The notes under the pieces are model-generated. The model worked only from the letters and a program-made list of their open reading frames with translations, was not told the origin of the DNA and did not search any database. A DNA stretch of 64,000 nt from Myxococcota bacterium. Its GTDB lineage: Bacteria > Myxococcota_A > UBA9160 > UBA6930. The stretch spans positions 1,216,001 to 1,280,000 of the forward strand of contig OZ245015.1 of assembly GCA_965223705.1 (NCBI GenBank). Direction: 5' to 3'. Made by a program: the position numbers and the translations under genes. Shown here in pieces: positions 27,607 through 36,599 of this stretch; within the stretch, counting starts at the first letter, position 1, and every line of letters starts with the position of its first letter.

Positions 27607-29013
27607 ATGCGAGGACTCGCCGCTTACGGCGTCTATCTACCCCACTATCGACTCGACCGGAACCGGATCAAGGGCACCTTGGGGCAGGGAGGCGGAAAGG
27701 GGACCCGAGCCGTCGCTTCCTACGACGAAGACACGACGTCGATGGGCGTCGAGGCGGCGCGAGCCTGCCTCTCGAGCGTCGACGTAGTCCCCGAGCGCCT
27801 CTTCTTCGCGACGGCGAACCCGGCGTATCAGGACAAGACGAACGCGACGACCATCCACGCGGCCCTCGATCTCCCCCGCAACGCTTTCGCCGGTGACGCG
27901 ACGGGTTCGGTGCGCTCGAGCGTCGTCGCTGCCATGGCCTCCGTCGGTTCCCAGGGCCCCGCGCTCGCGGTCGCGGCAGACCTTCGCGTCGGCCTACCGT
28001 CCGGCAAAGACGAATCCGAAGGGGGGGACGCCGCCGCCGCGCTGCTCTTCGCCGACGACGGCGACACCCCGGTGATCGCGGAAATGCTCGGTCGGGCGAG
28101 TAGCACCGGGGAGTTCCTCGATCGCTGGCGAACGCCCGGCGACCCGGCCTCGAAGGTTTGGGAAGAACGCTACGGCGAAGCCATCTATCTCGATCACGTC
28201 AAGGAAGCGACGCAGGAAGCGCTCGCTGCTGCCGGGATCAGCGCAGATCAACTGTCGAAGGTGGTCATCTCGGGCCTTCACAGCCGCGCGGTTCGAGGGG
28301 CGGCGCGCACGATTGGGGCGAAGCCCGAGGCGTACGTCGACGACCTGACCGGCGTAATCGGCAATACCGGCTCGGCGCATCCCTATCTCCTGCTGGCATC
28401 CGTCCTCGACACGGCGGAGCCGGGACAGACGATCGCACTGGTCGTCCTCGCCGACGGCTGCGACGTCGCGATCTTGCGCACGACCGATGCGATCGCGAGC
28501 TACCAGCCCGCCCGCACGGTCGCCGAGAGCGTCGCCGGCGGCGGCGACGATCTCGACTACGCGCTCTACCTCTCCTGGCGAGGATTCCTCAACCGCGAGC
28601 CCCCGCGCCGACCCGACCCTGTGCGCCCGGCGGCTCCGCCGGCGGGGCGCGCCGAGGACTGGAAGTTCGCCTTCGTCGGCTCTCGCGACCGGAAGAGCGG
28701 TGCGATCCACTTGCCGCCGCAACGCACGTCGATGAAGGGCGGTAACGTCGATGACATGGAGCGGGTCCGTATGGCCGATGTACCCGCCACGATTGCTACC
28801 TTTACCATCGATCGCCTGGCGTATTCGCCGAGCCCGCCGATGGTGGTGGCCGTGATCGATTTTGACGGTGGGGGCCGGTTCCGCTGCGAGATGACCGATG
28901 TCGATCCGAATCAGGTCAAGATCGGCGATCGGGTACAGATGACGTTCCGCAAGCTCTTCACCGCAGACGGTGTGCACAACTACTTCTGGAAGGCTCGCCC
29001 GATCTCGGGCTGA
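27607..29013 (+). CDS. HMG-CoA synthase-like / DUF35 OB-fold fusion protein
   Basis: ATG 27607 (SD GGAGG). YGVYLPHYRL, EDTTSMGVEAA, GGDAAAA, IGNTGSAH; C-terminal TFTIDRLAYSPSPP..AVIDFDGGGR...IGDRVQMTFRK...NYFWKARP. Confidence 0.85.
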   Translation: MRGLAAYGVYLPHYRLDRNRIKGTLGQGGGKGTRAVASYDEDTTSMGVEAARACLSSVDVVPERLFFATANPAYQDKTNATTIHAALDLPRNAFAGDATGSVRSSVVAAMASVGSQGPALAVAADLRVGLPSGKDESEGGDAAAALLFADDGDTPVIAEMLGRASSTGEFLDRWRTPGDPASKVWEERYGEAIYLDHVKEATQEALAAAGISADQLSKVVISGLHSRAVRGAARTIGAKPEAYVDDLTGVIGNTGSAHPYLLLASVLDTAEPGQTIALVVLADGCDVAILRTTDAIASYQPARTVAESVAGGGDDLDYALYLSWRGFLNREPPRRPDPVRPAAPPAGRAEDWKFAFVGSRDRKSGAIHLPPQRTSMKGGNVDDMERVRMADVPATIATFTIDRLAYSPSPPMVVAVIDFDGGGRFRCEMTDVDPNQVKIGDRVQMTFRKLFTADGVHNYFWKARPISG

Positions 29014-29025
29014 GAGGAGACCACA

Positions 29026-30216
29026 ATGGCTTCTAAGGGAATCAAAGACCGTGTCGCAATCGTCGGTATGGGCTGCACGCCTTTCGGCGAGCACTGGGAT
29101 AAGAGCGCAGACGACTTGCTCGTCGATGCGACGGAAGAATGTTTCGCGAGCTCGGGCATCGATAAGTCCGACGTCGACGCCTATTGGTTTGGCACCATGG
29201 CGTCGGGCGTTTCGGGGCTCGCGCTTTCCGCGCCGCTCCAGCTCGACTACAAGCCCGTGACACGGCTCGAGAACATGTGCGCCACGGGTTCCGAGGCGAT
29301 TCGCAATGCCGCTTATGCCGTAGCGTCGGGCGCGTACGACATCGTGATGGCGGCCGGCGTCGAGAAGCTCAAGGACTCCGGCTACTCGGGCCTCGTCGTC
29401 CAGGATCCGCCGAACGATGGGACGCTCCCGGCGATGACGCCGCCGGCCACGTTCAGCCTGCTCGCCCCGGCGTACCAGGAAAAGTACGGCCTGACGGATG
29501 AAGAGCTGCGCGACGCGTTGGCGCACATCGCTTGGAAGAACCACGCGAACGGCGCACTGAACCCGCGCGCCCAGTTCCAGAAAGAAGTTCCGAAAGACGC
29601 GATCTGCCAGTCACCGTTGGTCGCCGGAAAGCTCGGCATCTTCGATTGCTCGGGCGTTTCCGACGGTTCGGCCTGCGCGATCTTGGTGCGCGAGGAAGAC
29701 GCGCACAAGTACACGGACAAGCCGCTCTACATCAAGGCGCTGTCCTTCGCGTCGGGCCCGGCCACCGGCGGGATCGATTCGAGCTACGACTACACCACGT
29801 TCCGCGAGGTCGTCGCTTCCGCCGAGGATGCCTACCAGCAAGCGGGAGTTACGAACCCCCGAGCAGAAATCGCCATGGCAGAAGTTCACGACTGCTTTAC
29901 ACCGACCGAGATGGTGTTGATGGAGGACCTCCAGTTCTGCCCGCGCGGCACGGCTTGGAAGGAGGCCCTCGACGGTACGTTCGATCTCCACGGCGAGCTG
30001 CCGATCAACCCCGACGGAGGGTTGAAGAGCTTCGGCCACCCGATCGGCGCTTCCGGCCTTCGCATGATGTTCGAAAACTGGCTCCAGCTCCGGAAAGAAG
30101 CGCCGGCGGATCGCCAGATCGACAACGGCAAGACGCTCGGCATGACCCACAACCTGGGCGGCCAGCCCGGCGCCTGCGTCTCCTTCGTTTCGATCGTGGG
30201 AGCCGAGAAGGGCTAA
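29026..30216 (+). CDS. SCP2/archaeal-type thiolase (acetyl-CoA C-acyltransferase)
   Basis: VAIVGMGCTPFG, ENMCATGS (catalytic Cys), EVHDCFT, GGLKSFGHPIGASG, HNLGG. Confidence 0.9.
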   Translation: MASKGIKDRVAIVGMGCTPFGEHWDKSADDLLVDATEECFASSGIDKSDVDAYWFGTMASGVSGLALSAPLQLDYKPVTRLENMCATGSEAIRNAAYAVASGAYDIVMAAGVEKLKDSGYSGLVVQDPPNDGTLPAMTPPATFSLLAPAYQEKYGLTDEELRDALAHIAWKNHANGALNPRAQFQKEVPKDAICQSPLVAGKLGIFDCSGVSDGSACAILVREEDAHKYTDKPLYIKALSFASGPATGGIDSSYDYTTFREVVASAEDAYQQAGVTNPRAEIAMAEVHDCFTPTEMVLMEDLQFCPRGTAWKEALDGTFDLHGELPINPDGGLKSFGHPIGASGLRMMFENWLQLRKEAPADRQIDNGKTLGMTHNLGGQPGACVSFVSIVGAEKG

Positions 30217-30245
30217 AGCGCACGCGACCGTGTGGCAACGAACCG

Positions 30246-30283
30246 GGGGGCCGGAGCGTCGCGCTCCGGCCCCCGTTCTTTTT
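30246..30283 (+). terminator. Rho-independent terminator
   Basis: 13-bp perfect stem GGGGGCCGGAGCG-TCG-CGCTCCGGCCCCC followed by GTTCTTTTT, 30 nt after the thiolase stop. Confidence 0.8.
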
Positions 30284-30297
30284 GACGAGGGGAACCC

Positions 30298-31449
30298 ATG
30301 GCACACCGAAACGCCTACATGACCGATGAGCTGCAAGCGATCTACGATCAGACGGTTTCGTTTGTCGAGAAGGAGGTCATGCCCGAAGGCACGGCGTGGG
30401 AAGAAGCCGGCAAGGTTCCGCGGGATGTGCTCCGCAAGATGGGGAGCCTCGGCATGTTCGGGCTTCGCGTTCCCGAAGAGCTGGGAGGTGTCGGGCTCGG
30501 CCCGCTCGCATCGGCCGCATTCTCCGAGGCCTTGGGCGCTTCGACGTTCGCCGGCTTCGACGTGACCGTGCTGGTTCACACCGACATGGCGGGTCCTCAC
30601 CTGGTCAATTCCGGCAGTCGCGCGCAGTGGGAACGTTATCTGCCGGCGGCGTTGTCCGGGGAGCTCATCCTCTCGATCGCCGTGACGGAGCCCGACGCGG
30701 GATCGGACGTGGCGGGCATTCGCTCGACGGCTGTTCGCGACGGGGACGGCTGGCGGATCAACGGACGCAAGACGTTCATCACGAACGCGGTTTACGGCGA
30801 TCTGACGATCGCAGCGGCGCGAACGGATCCCGACAACAAGTACGGGATCTCCATGTTCTTGGTTCCGGCGGGCACCGAAGGATTCACGGTCGCCAAGAAA
30901 CTCGACAAACACGGCTGGCGCTGTTCGGATACCGCCGAGCTCGTGTTCGATGATGTGTTCGTGCCCGACGATCAACTGCTCGGTACCCCCCATCGCGGCT
31001 TCTACGAGACGATGAAGAATTTTCAGAACGAGCGGATGGTCCTGGTCGGAATGGGGATCGGAGCCGCTCAGGCCGCGATCGACATGACGCTCACGTACAC
31101 ACAAGAGCGGCGCGCGTTCTCGGGACATCTGTTCGATCTCGGCGCCATCCGCCAGCGGCTGGCGATGAATCAGGCCAAGGTCGACGCGGTCCGGGCGAGT
31201 ATGTACCACGCGGCTTGGCTGGGAGAACAAGGCGTCGACAACGTGAAAGAGATGTCGGGCGTAAAGGCGTGGGGCTGCGAAGTCGTGAACCAGGTGATGT
31301 ACGACTGCGTCCAGTTCCACGGCGGCACGGGCTTCATGAGCGAGTCGAATATCGAGCGGATGTATCGCGACGCCCGCGTTCTTCCGATCGGCGGCGGGGC
31401 CACCGAAGTGATGCTCGAAGAAGTCGCGAAACGCTCGTTGCGGGGCTAG
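30298..31449 (+). CDS. Acyl-CoA dehydrogenase
   Basis: VPEELGGVG, AVTEPDAGSDV, NGRKTFITN, DTAELVFD, QFHGGTG, RDARVLPIGGGATE. Confidence 0.93.
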   Translation: MAHRNAYMTDELQAIYDQTVSFVEKEVMPEGTAWEEAGKVPRDVLRKMGSLGMFGLRVPEELGGVGLGPLASAAFSEALGASTFAGFDVTVLVHTDMAGPHLVNSGSRAQWERYLPAALSGELILSIAVTEPDAGSDVAGIRSTAVRDGDGWRINGRKTFITNAVYGDLTIAAARTDPDNKYGISMFLVPAGTEGFTVAKKLDKHGWRCSDTAELVFDDVFVPDDQLLGTPHRGFYETMKNFQNERMVLVGMGIGAAQAAIDMTLTYTQERRAFSGHLFDLGAIRQRLAMNQAKVDAVRASMYHAAWLGEQGVDNVKEMSGVKAWGCEVVNQVMYDCVQFHGGTGFMSESNIERMYRDARVLPIGGGATEVMLEEVAKRSLRG

Positions 31450-31934
31450 AAGAGCTCTTTCTGGCTCGTCTCGCGCTCGTCGACCGCGAGGGGTAAGCCG
31501 CGCAGCTCGTCGAGATACGCGGCGGGCAAGCGATGGTGTCGCGCGCCCCGAAGAAGCAAGTTCAAGTAGCGGCGCGAAGGGCGACGCCCCGGGGTTCTTC
31601 GACCCGAGAAGTACGTGAACGCTTCGACCGCTCCGGCGTCCGTTTCGAGGGAGACGGGGTGGCGAACGTAGAAGCCGCGGTGCACACCTTCGCTTCGATC
31701 GAGACGCCCCGCATCCTCGAAAGCAAGCCAGTATCCGACACCGAACACCCGCTCGCCCGCAGCGGGTTCGAGGTTCGCGACGCCGCGTTCTCCCGAGCCA
31801 ACCGGAAGGTCGAAAACCAGTCGATAGTCATCCAGGCGGGCGCAGGTCGCGCGTGCCGGGCGCATCCTTCGACGCCCGAGGAACGTTCGGGGATCGAGGT
31901 TGCTTCCGTACGCGAAGTACACCAGCTCAGACAA
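31446..31934 (-). CDS. Gamma-glutamylcyclotransferase family protein
   Basis: YFAYGSNL, GVANL, LDRSEG, PSRRYL; start approximate (TTG 31934 or GTG 31922). Confidence 0.85.
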   Translation of the reverse strand: MSELVYFAYGSNLDPRTFLGRRRMRPARATCARLDDYRLVFDLPVGSGERGVANLEPAAGERVFGVGYWLAFEDAGRLDRSEGVHRGFYVRHPVSLETDAGAVEAFTYFSGRRTPGRRPSRRYLNLLLRGARHHRLPAAYLDELRGLPLAVDERETSQKELF

Positions 31935-32778
31935 ACTTCTGCATGTGCTCCGCGGTGGCGTCGATCGTGCGCATCGCTTTGTCTTCACCGTAGTCGGGGA
32001 GGAACATCGCGACGCGATCGATCCCTAGATCTCGATACTGCTCGAACGTATCGGCGTTCGGCTTTGCGGGGAGCATCACCGTGATTTCGATCGTCGACAG
32101 ATCGCGGTCGGCGGCTTTCGCTTTCTCTTTCAACGTGGCGAGTCCCTCGCGAAGGCTTTTGGTCCCGTCGCCGTCGACCACAATCCACCCGTCGCAATAG
32201 TCGACGACCCGTTGCAGACCATACGGGCCGAGGGCGCCCAGAAGAATCGGAGGATGCGGCTCGGTGAGCGGCTTCGGGTCCTGCCAAATCGCTTCGAAAT
32301 TCACGAACTCACCCGAGTAGGAAGCCTCTTTTTCGGTCCAGATCGCCTTCATCGCTTCGATGCGTTCGCGCAGGACTTTCCAGCGTCGCTTGAACGGGGT
32401 CCCGTGGTTTTCCATCTCCTCTGCGTTCCAACCGCCGCCGATGCCAAACAGAAAGCGCCCGCCCGAAAGGCGATCGATCGTCGTGATCTGTTTCGCGAGG
32501 TAGATCGGATCGTGCTCGATGACGAGGCACACGCCAGTGCCCACGTTGAGCCGCTCTGTCACCGCCGCAGCGGCCATCGCAGAGGCGAAGGGATCTTGCA
32601 TGCTCCAATACACTTCGGGAAGGTCGCCGCCGAACGGGTAGGGGCTTTTCCTCGACGCAGGAATATGCGTGTGTTCGGCAAACCAAACCGATTCGAATCC
32701 GCGCTCTTCGAGTGCGCGCGCGAGCGGTTGGGGCTGAATCGAGAAATGGGCGTTTGCGCTGATGGCTCCGAACTTCAT
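31927..32778 (-). CDS. LLM-class, probably F420-dependent oxidoreductase (Rv2161c-like)
   Basis: GFESVWFAEHTHIP, DPF, HDPIYLAK..TIDRLSGGRFLFGIGGGWNAEEM, PKP..PHPPILLG. Confidence 0.87.
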   Translation of the reverse strand: MKFGAISANAHFSIQPQPLARALEERGFESVWFAEHTHIPASRKSPYPFGGDLPEVYWSMQDPFASAMAAAAVTERLNVGTGVCLVIEHDPIYLAKQITTIDRLSGGRFLFGIGGGWNAEEMENHGTPFKRRWKVLRERIEAMKAIWTEKEASYSGEFVNFEAIWQDPKPLTEPHPPILLGALGPYGLQRVVDYCDGWIVVDGDGTKSLREGLATLKEKAKAADRDLSTIEITVMLPAKPNADTFEQYRDLGIDRVAMFLPDYGEDKAMRTIDATAEHMQKFV

Positions 32779-33191
32779 GAATGCTCCTCTGCGGGGCGAA
32801 ACCTCGGAATCGCCGCCTCGTCTTCGGTTTCGTCGAAGGTCACGGCCACGGGCAACCCAACAGTGACGCGTTCCGGATCACAATCGACGATGTTTGTAAG
32901 CATGCGCGGACCTTCCTCGAGTTCGACGTACGCCAAGATGAACGGCGTGTGCTCGCGGAAGCGTCCCGGAATCCGGCGTGTCACGGTGAAGCTGTAGACC
33001 GATCCGCGTCCGCTGCAGGTCGTCCACGTCACGTCCGTCGAACGACATGACGGGCAGCGCCCGCGCGGGTAGAAGATGAAGGACCCGCAGGCATCGCACC
33101 GGGGAATCGATAGTTCACCGCGCGTGGTGGCTTCCCAGAAAGGGCGGTTTTCGTCGTCGATCACGATTTTCGGCCGCGGTAGCTCGCTCAC
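32775..33191 (-). CDS. DUF35 zinc-ribbon/OB-fold protein (ChsH2 C-terminal-like)
   Basis: GTG 33191 overlaps the thiolase stop; PFWEA, CDACG...YPRGRCPSC, SGRGSVYSFT, VELEEGPRMLTNIV. Confidence 0.9.
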   Translation of the reverse strand: MSELPRPKIVIDDENRPFWEATTRGELSIPRCDACGSFIFYPRGRCPSCRSTDVTWTTCSGRGSVYSFTVTRRIPGRFREHTPFILAYVELEEGPRMLTNIVDCDPERVTVGLPVAVTFDETEDEAAIPRFRPAEEHS

Positions 33192-34357
33192 GCGTCGTCC
33201 CTTCCGAGAATCAAGGTGGCGCTCCCCATGCGCGTTGCGAGGCTCCCGCCGGTTCCGTGCGCCAGCGCCAGGCGGCAGTTGGGAACTTGCACGGCGGGGT
33301 GCGCTTCTCCGCGGAGCTGCCTCACGGCTTCGATCACTTTCGTCATGCCACCGCGGTTTCCCGGGTGATTGTTGCACAGCCCGCCGCCGTCGGTGTTGAA
33401 GGGCAGCGCACCATGTGGTGCCTCCAGGGCACCATCGGCGACGAAACGCCCCCCGGCGCCTTTGTCGCAGAAGCCCAGATCTTCGAGTGTGATGAGAACC
33501 GTGATGGTGAAGCTGTCGTAGATCGATGCGTAGTCGATATCCGACGGCTCGACGCCCGCTTCCTCGAAAGCCGCCGGTCCAGACCAGAGTGCGCCGGTGT
33601 GTGTCAAGTCGATGCGGCCGGCATCGGTGTGTTTGATGGCGGTCCCCGTGCCCAAGACGGCCACCGAGGAACGCGTCAGATCGCGTGCGACGTCCGGGCT
33701 GACGACGACGAGCGCACCGCCGCCGTCGGTGATCACGCAACAATCGAGCCGGTGAAGGGGATCGGAGATCATTGGCGAAGCGAGCACCTCGTCGACCGTC
33801 ACGACGTCTCGGAGAAACGCGTGCTCGTTGTGCTGGGCATGGGTCGATGCGGCGACTTTGATCGCGGCGAGTTGCGCGCTCGTGGTTCCGAACTCGTGCA
33901 TGTGACGCTTTGCCGCGAGAGCGTAGGCGCCGGGCACGCTCATCCCGTAGAGACTCTCGTACGAGAGCTCGGGCGCACCCGACACATTGGCGCTTCCGCC
34001 CGGAGAAGCTCCCCCGGTCCGCGGGTTTCCAGCGAGGGTGATCAACGCGACCCGAATATGTCCGGCGGCGATTGCCTCGGCAGCGTGCTGAACGTGAACC
34101 AGATAAGAGGAGCCGCCGGTTTCCGTGTCGTCGATGCCCCGGCAACGCAGTCCCAAGTAATCGACCATCGAGAGTGCGCCGAACCCCGGCGCGTCACCCG
34201 CCGCGTAGTACGCGTCGACATCGTCGAAACCGAGGCCGGCATCTTCGAGGGCGCCGGCCGCGACATCGGCGTGTATCTGCGCGAGTGTGCGGCCCGGCAG
34301 GTGGCGCCCGGGGTGCTCATACGCCCCAGCGATTCGGGCCTTGTTGCGCACGCTCAT
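33188..34357 (-). CDS. Thiolase-domain protein lacking the nucleophilic Cys (Ltp2-like)
   Basis: ETGGSSY in place of C-x-S-G; AAKRHMHEFGTT, DCCVITDGGGA, IYDSFT, NTDGGGL, EAVRQLRG. Confidence 0.87.
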   Translation of the reverse strand: MSVRNKARIAGAYEHPGRHLPGRTLAQIHADVAAGALEDAGLGFDDVDAYYAAGDAPGFGALSMVDYLGLRCRGIDDTETGGSSYLVHVQHAAEAIAAGHIRVALITLAGNPRTGGASPGGSANVSGAPELSYESLYGMSVPGAYALAAKRHMHEFGTTSAQLAAIKVAASTHAQHNEHAFLRDVVTVDEVLASPMISDPLHRLDCCVITDGGGALVVVSPDVARDLTRSSVAVLGTGTAIKHTDAGRIDLTHTGALWSGPAAFEEAGVEPSDIDYASIYDSFTITVLITLEDLGFCDKGAGGRFVADGALEAPHGALPFNTDGGGLCNNHPGNRGGMTKVIEAVRQLRGEAHPAVQVPNCRLALAHGTGGSLATRMGSATLILGRDDA

Positions 34358-34406
34358 CGGAGCTCCTTCGTCAAAGAACCGGATCCTAGCGTGCTAGCCT
34401 ACGGGA

Positions 34407-35453
34407 ATGAAGTTCGGTCTCTACTATCTCCCGAGTTTTGACGCCGATGTCCACAAGAACTCCGAGACGCTCTATCAGCAAATCTTCGAGCAAGTAGAGC
34501 TCGGAGAGGCACTCGGACTCGATTCGGTTTGGGTGGCGGAGCATCACTTTTGTACGTACGGGGGCGACATTCCGAACCCGCCGCTTTTCTTGGCGGCGCT
34601 CGCGCAGCGCACGAAACGGATGCGTATCGGTACAGGCGGTGTCGCCTTGCCGCTCAACAAGCCTCTGCAGACCGCCGAGCAGCTGGCCATGGTCGACGCG
34701 ATGTCCGGGGGACGCCTCGAGATCGGCGTCGTGCGTGCGTTTCTCAACTTCGAGTACGAAGCACTCAACGTCGATATGGGCGAGAGTCGAGAGCGCTTCG
34801 AGGAAAGCCTCGAGATTCTCCGCGGTACCTGGGAGAACGAAGTGTTCTCCTATCAGGGAAAGTTCAATCAGTTCGACCGGGTCGAGCTGCGCCCGAGACC
34901 GGTCCAACCGAAGCCGCCCATCACGGTCGGCTCGGTGATGAGCCCGGAATCGATTATCGCCGCCGGCCGTCAGGGCTTCGACCTGATGGTCATTCCGTAC
35001 GCGGTTCCACCCCAACACGTCCGGGATCAAATCGATCTGCACAGGAAATCTCTCGAAGAAGGTGGCCACGATCCCGCACAGCAGCGCGTGATGGCACCGT
35101 ACCATCTCTACGTTGCCGAAGACGTCGAGGCCGCGAAGCAAACCGTTCGGGAACCGATGCTGCGCTACATCAGCTACCTGCGCGATTCGGTCAGCGAAGA
35201 CAAGTGGTCCGGCGATTATGAGAATTACCGAGGCATGGTGAAGATGATCGAAAAGGTCATGGACTTCGATCTGATCTATGACGGGCGGTCCCTGTTCGGG
35301 GACCCGGCGCATGTCCACGAGTGCATCGAGCTCGCCGCCGACTTGGGCGTCACGGAGATCACCCTCGTGACCATCATGCCGGGCCTGACCCAGGGGCAGA
35401 TTCTCGATTCGCTGCGCTTGTTCGGCCGCGACGTACTGCCCCGCTACGCCTAA
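34407..35453 (+). CDS. LLM-class flavin-dependent monooxygenase (luciferase-like)
   Basis: MKFGLY, DSVWVAEHHF, PNP..FLAALAQRTKRMRIG, AEQLAMVD..SGGRLE.G, PRPVQ. Confidence 0.88.
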   Translation: MKFGLYYLPSFDADVHKNSETLYQQIFEQVELGEALGLDSVWVAEHHFCTYGGDIPNPPLFLAALAQRTKRMRIGTGGVALPLNKPLQTAEQLAMVDAMSGGRLEIGVVRAFLNFEYEALNVDMGESRERFEESLEILRGTWENEVFSYQGKFNQFDRVELRPRPVQPKPPITVGSVMSPESIIAAGRQGFDLMVIPYAVPPQHVRDQIDLHRKSLEEGGHDPAQQRVMAPYHLYVAEDVEAAKQTVREPMLRYISYLRDSVSEDKWSGDYENYRGMVKMIEKVMDFDLIYDGRSLFGDPAHVHECIELAADLGVTEITLVTIMPGLTQGQILDSLRLFGRDVLPRYA

Positions 35454-36589
35454 GCGTCGAGCGCGTAGGCCTCCGTCGCGGCGTCGCCGAGCAGATTGTT
35501 TCGCGAAGTCTCCGAAAGCGGTGCGACGAGCCCCTCGAGCTCTTCCATGTAGTTGCCCGGATGGTCGAAGTGCGGGTAGTCCGTCGCCCAGAAGAAACGA
35601 TCGTTCCCGACGTGATCGACAATGTGGGCCAGGGCCCGCTCGTCGGGATCGCCTGAAATCCAACATTGCCGTCGGAAGTACGTGCTCGGTTTCTCCTTCA
35701 AGGGGACCGTCTCGCCGAGACTCGTCTCGAAGGTCGTGTCCATGCGGTCGAGCGACGCCCCGATCCAACCGGCACCGGATTCGAGGAGCACGATCTTGAT
35801 CGACGGAAACCGATCGAAGAGCCCCCACTGGAACAAGCCGTAGAACGCTTGCTGAGGACCCTGCATGCCGAGCGCGTTCTGGAACCAACCGGCTTTTCGC
35901 ATGCCGTCGAAGCGTTGGTACGTGCGGATCTGCGGATGTTCCGCCATCGGATGAATGGCGATGGGAACACCGAGCTCGGCCGCCCGCGCCCAAAACGCGT
36001 CGTGATCGGGATGGCCGTGTGGGACGCGGGTCAGGGTATACGGAGCGAGGAATGCGCCTTTGGCGCCGGCCCGAACCGAGCGCTCGAGCTCGTCAGCGGC
36101 CTCGGCCGGGTCGGCGAGCGAAATGTGCGCCGCGGCGATCAGGCGCCCGTCGGTGTCGGCGCAGAACTCGCAGATCCACCGGTTGTAGGCGCGCGCGTAG
36201 GCGAGGGAAAGTTCGCCATCCTCGACCTCACATTCCCACGTGAGTCCCAAACTCGGGTAGAGAATCGCCCGGTGAATTCCCTCGCGATCGAGCAGGGTCA
36301 CGCGATCCTTGGGGTCCATCGAGCCGAACGGAGCGTTACCGGGGTAAGACGTTTCCGAGAGCTCGGAGATCTCCGAAGAGTCTTTTCCCATCGCGCCAAG
36401 CGCGGTGAGGAGTCGTACATCGAAGAATCGCGAGGGCTTCCCCGCGATCTCTAATACCTCGCGTCCTTCGTGGGTCGCCAACCGCAGGGCGCGGTCGCGG
36501 TACTTCGGTTCGATGTACCGCTCCCAGGTGTCGGCGGGTTCCAGGATATGGCCGTCTGCGTCTACGATGTTGGCGAAATCGAGTGCCAT
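35450..36589 (-). CDS. Amidohydrolase_2 family protein
   Basis: ATG 36589; VDADGHILEP, AYNRWI.EFC, AIHP, LESGAGW, PSTYFRRQ, WATDYPHFD. Confidence 0.88.
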   Translation of the reverse strand: MALDFANIVDADGHILEPADTWERYIEPKYRDRALRLATHEGREVLEIAGKPSRFFDVRLLTALGAMGKDSSEISELSETSYPGNAPFGSMDPKDRVTLLDREGIHRAILYPSLGLTWECEVEDGELSLAYARAYNRWICEFCADTDGRLIAAAHISLADPAEAADELERSVRAGAKGAFLAPYTLTRVPHGHPDHDAFWARAAELGVPIAIHPMAEHPQIRTYQRFDGMRKAGWFQNALGMQGPQQAFYGLFQWGLFDRFPSIKIVLLESGAGWIGASLDRMDTTFETSLGETVPLKEKPSTYFRRQCWISGDPDERALAHIVDHVGNDRFFWATDYPHFDHPGNYMEELEGLVAPLSETSRNNLLGDAATEAYALDA

Positions 36590-36599
36590 CGATGCCCTT

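Noticed and set aside
34386..34397. Short palindrome CTAGC-GT-GCTAG between divergent genes
   Set aside because: Only 5-bp arms, and better explained by overlapping -10 elements than by an operator.
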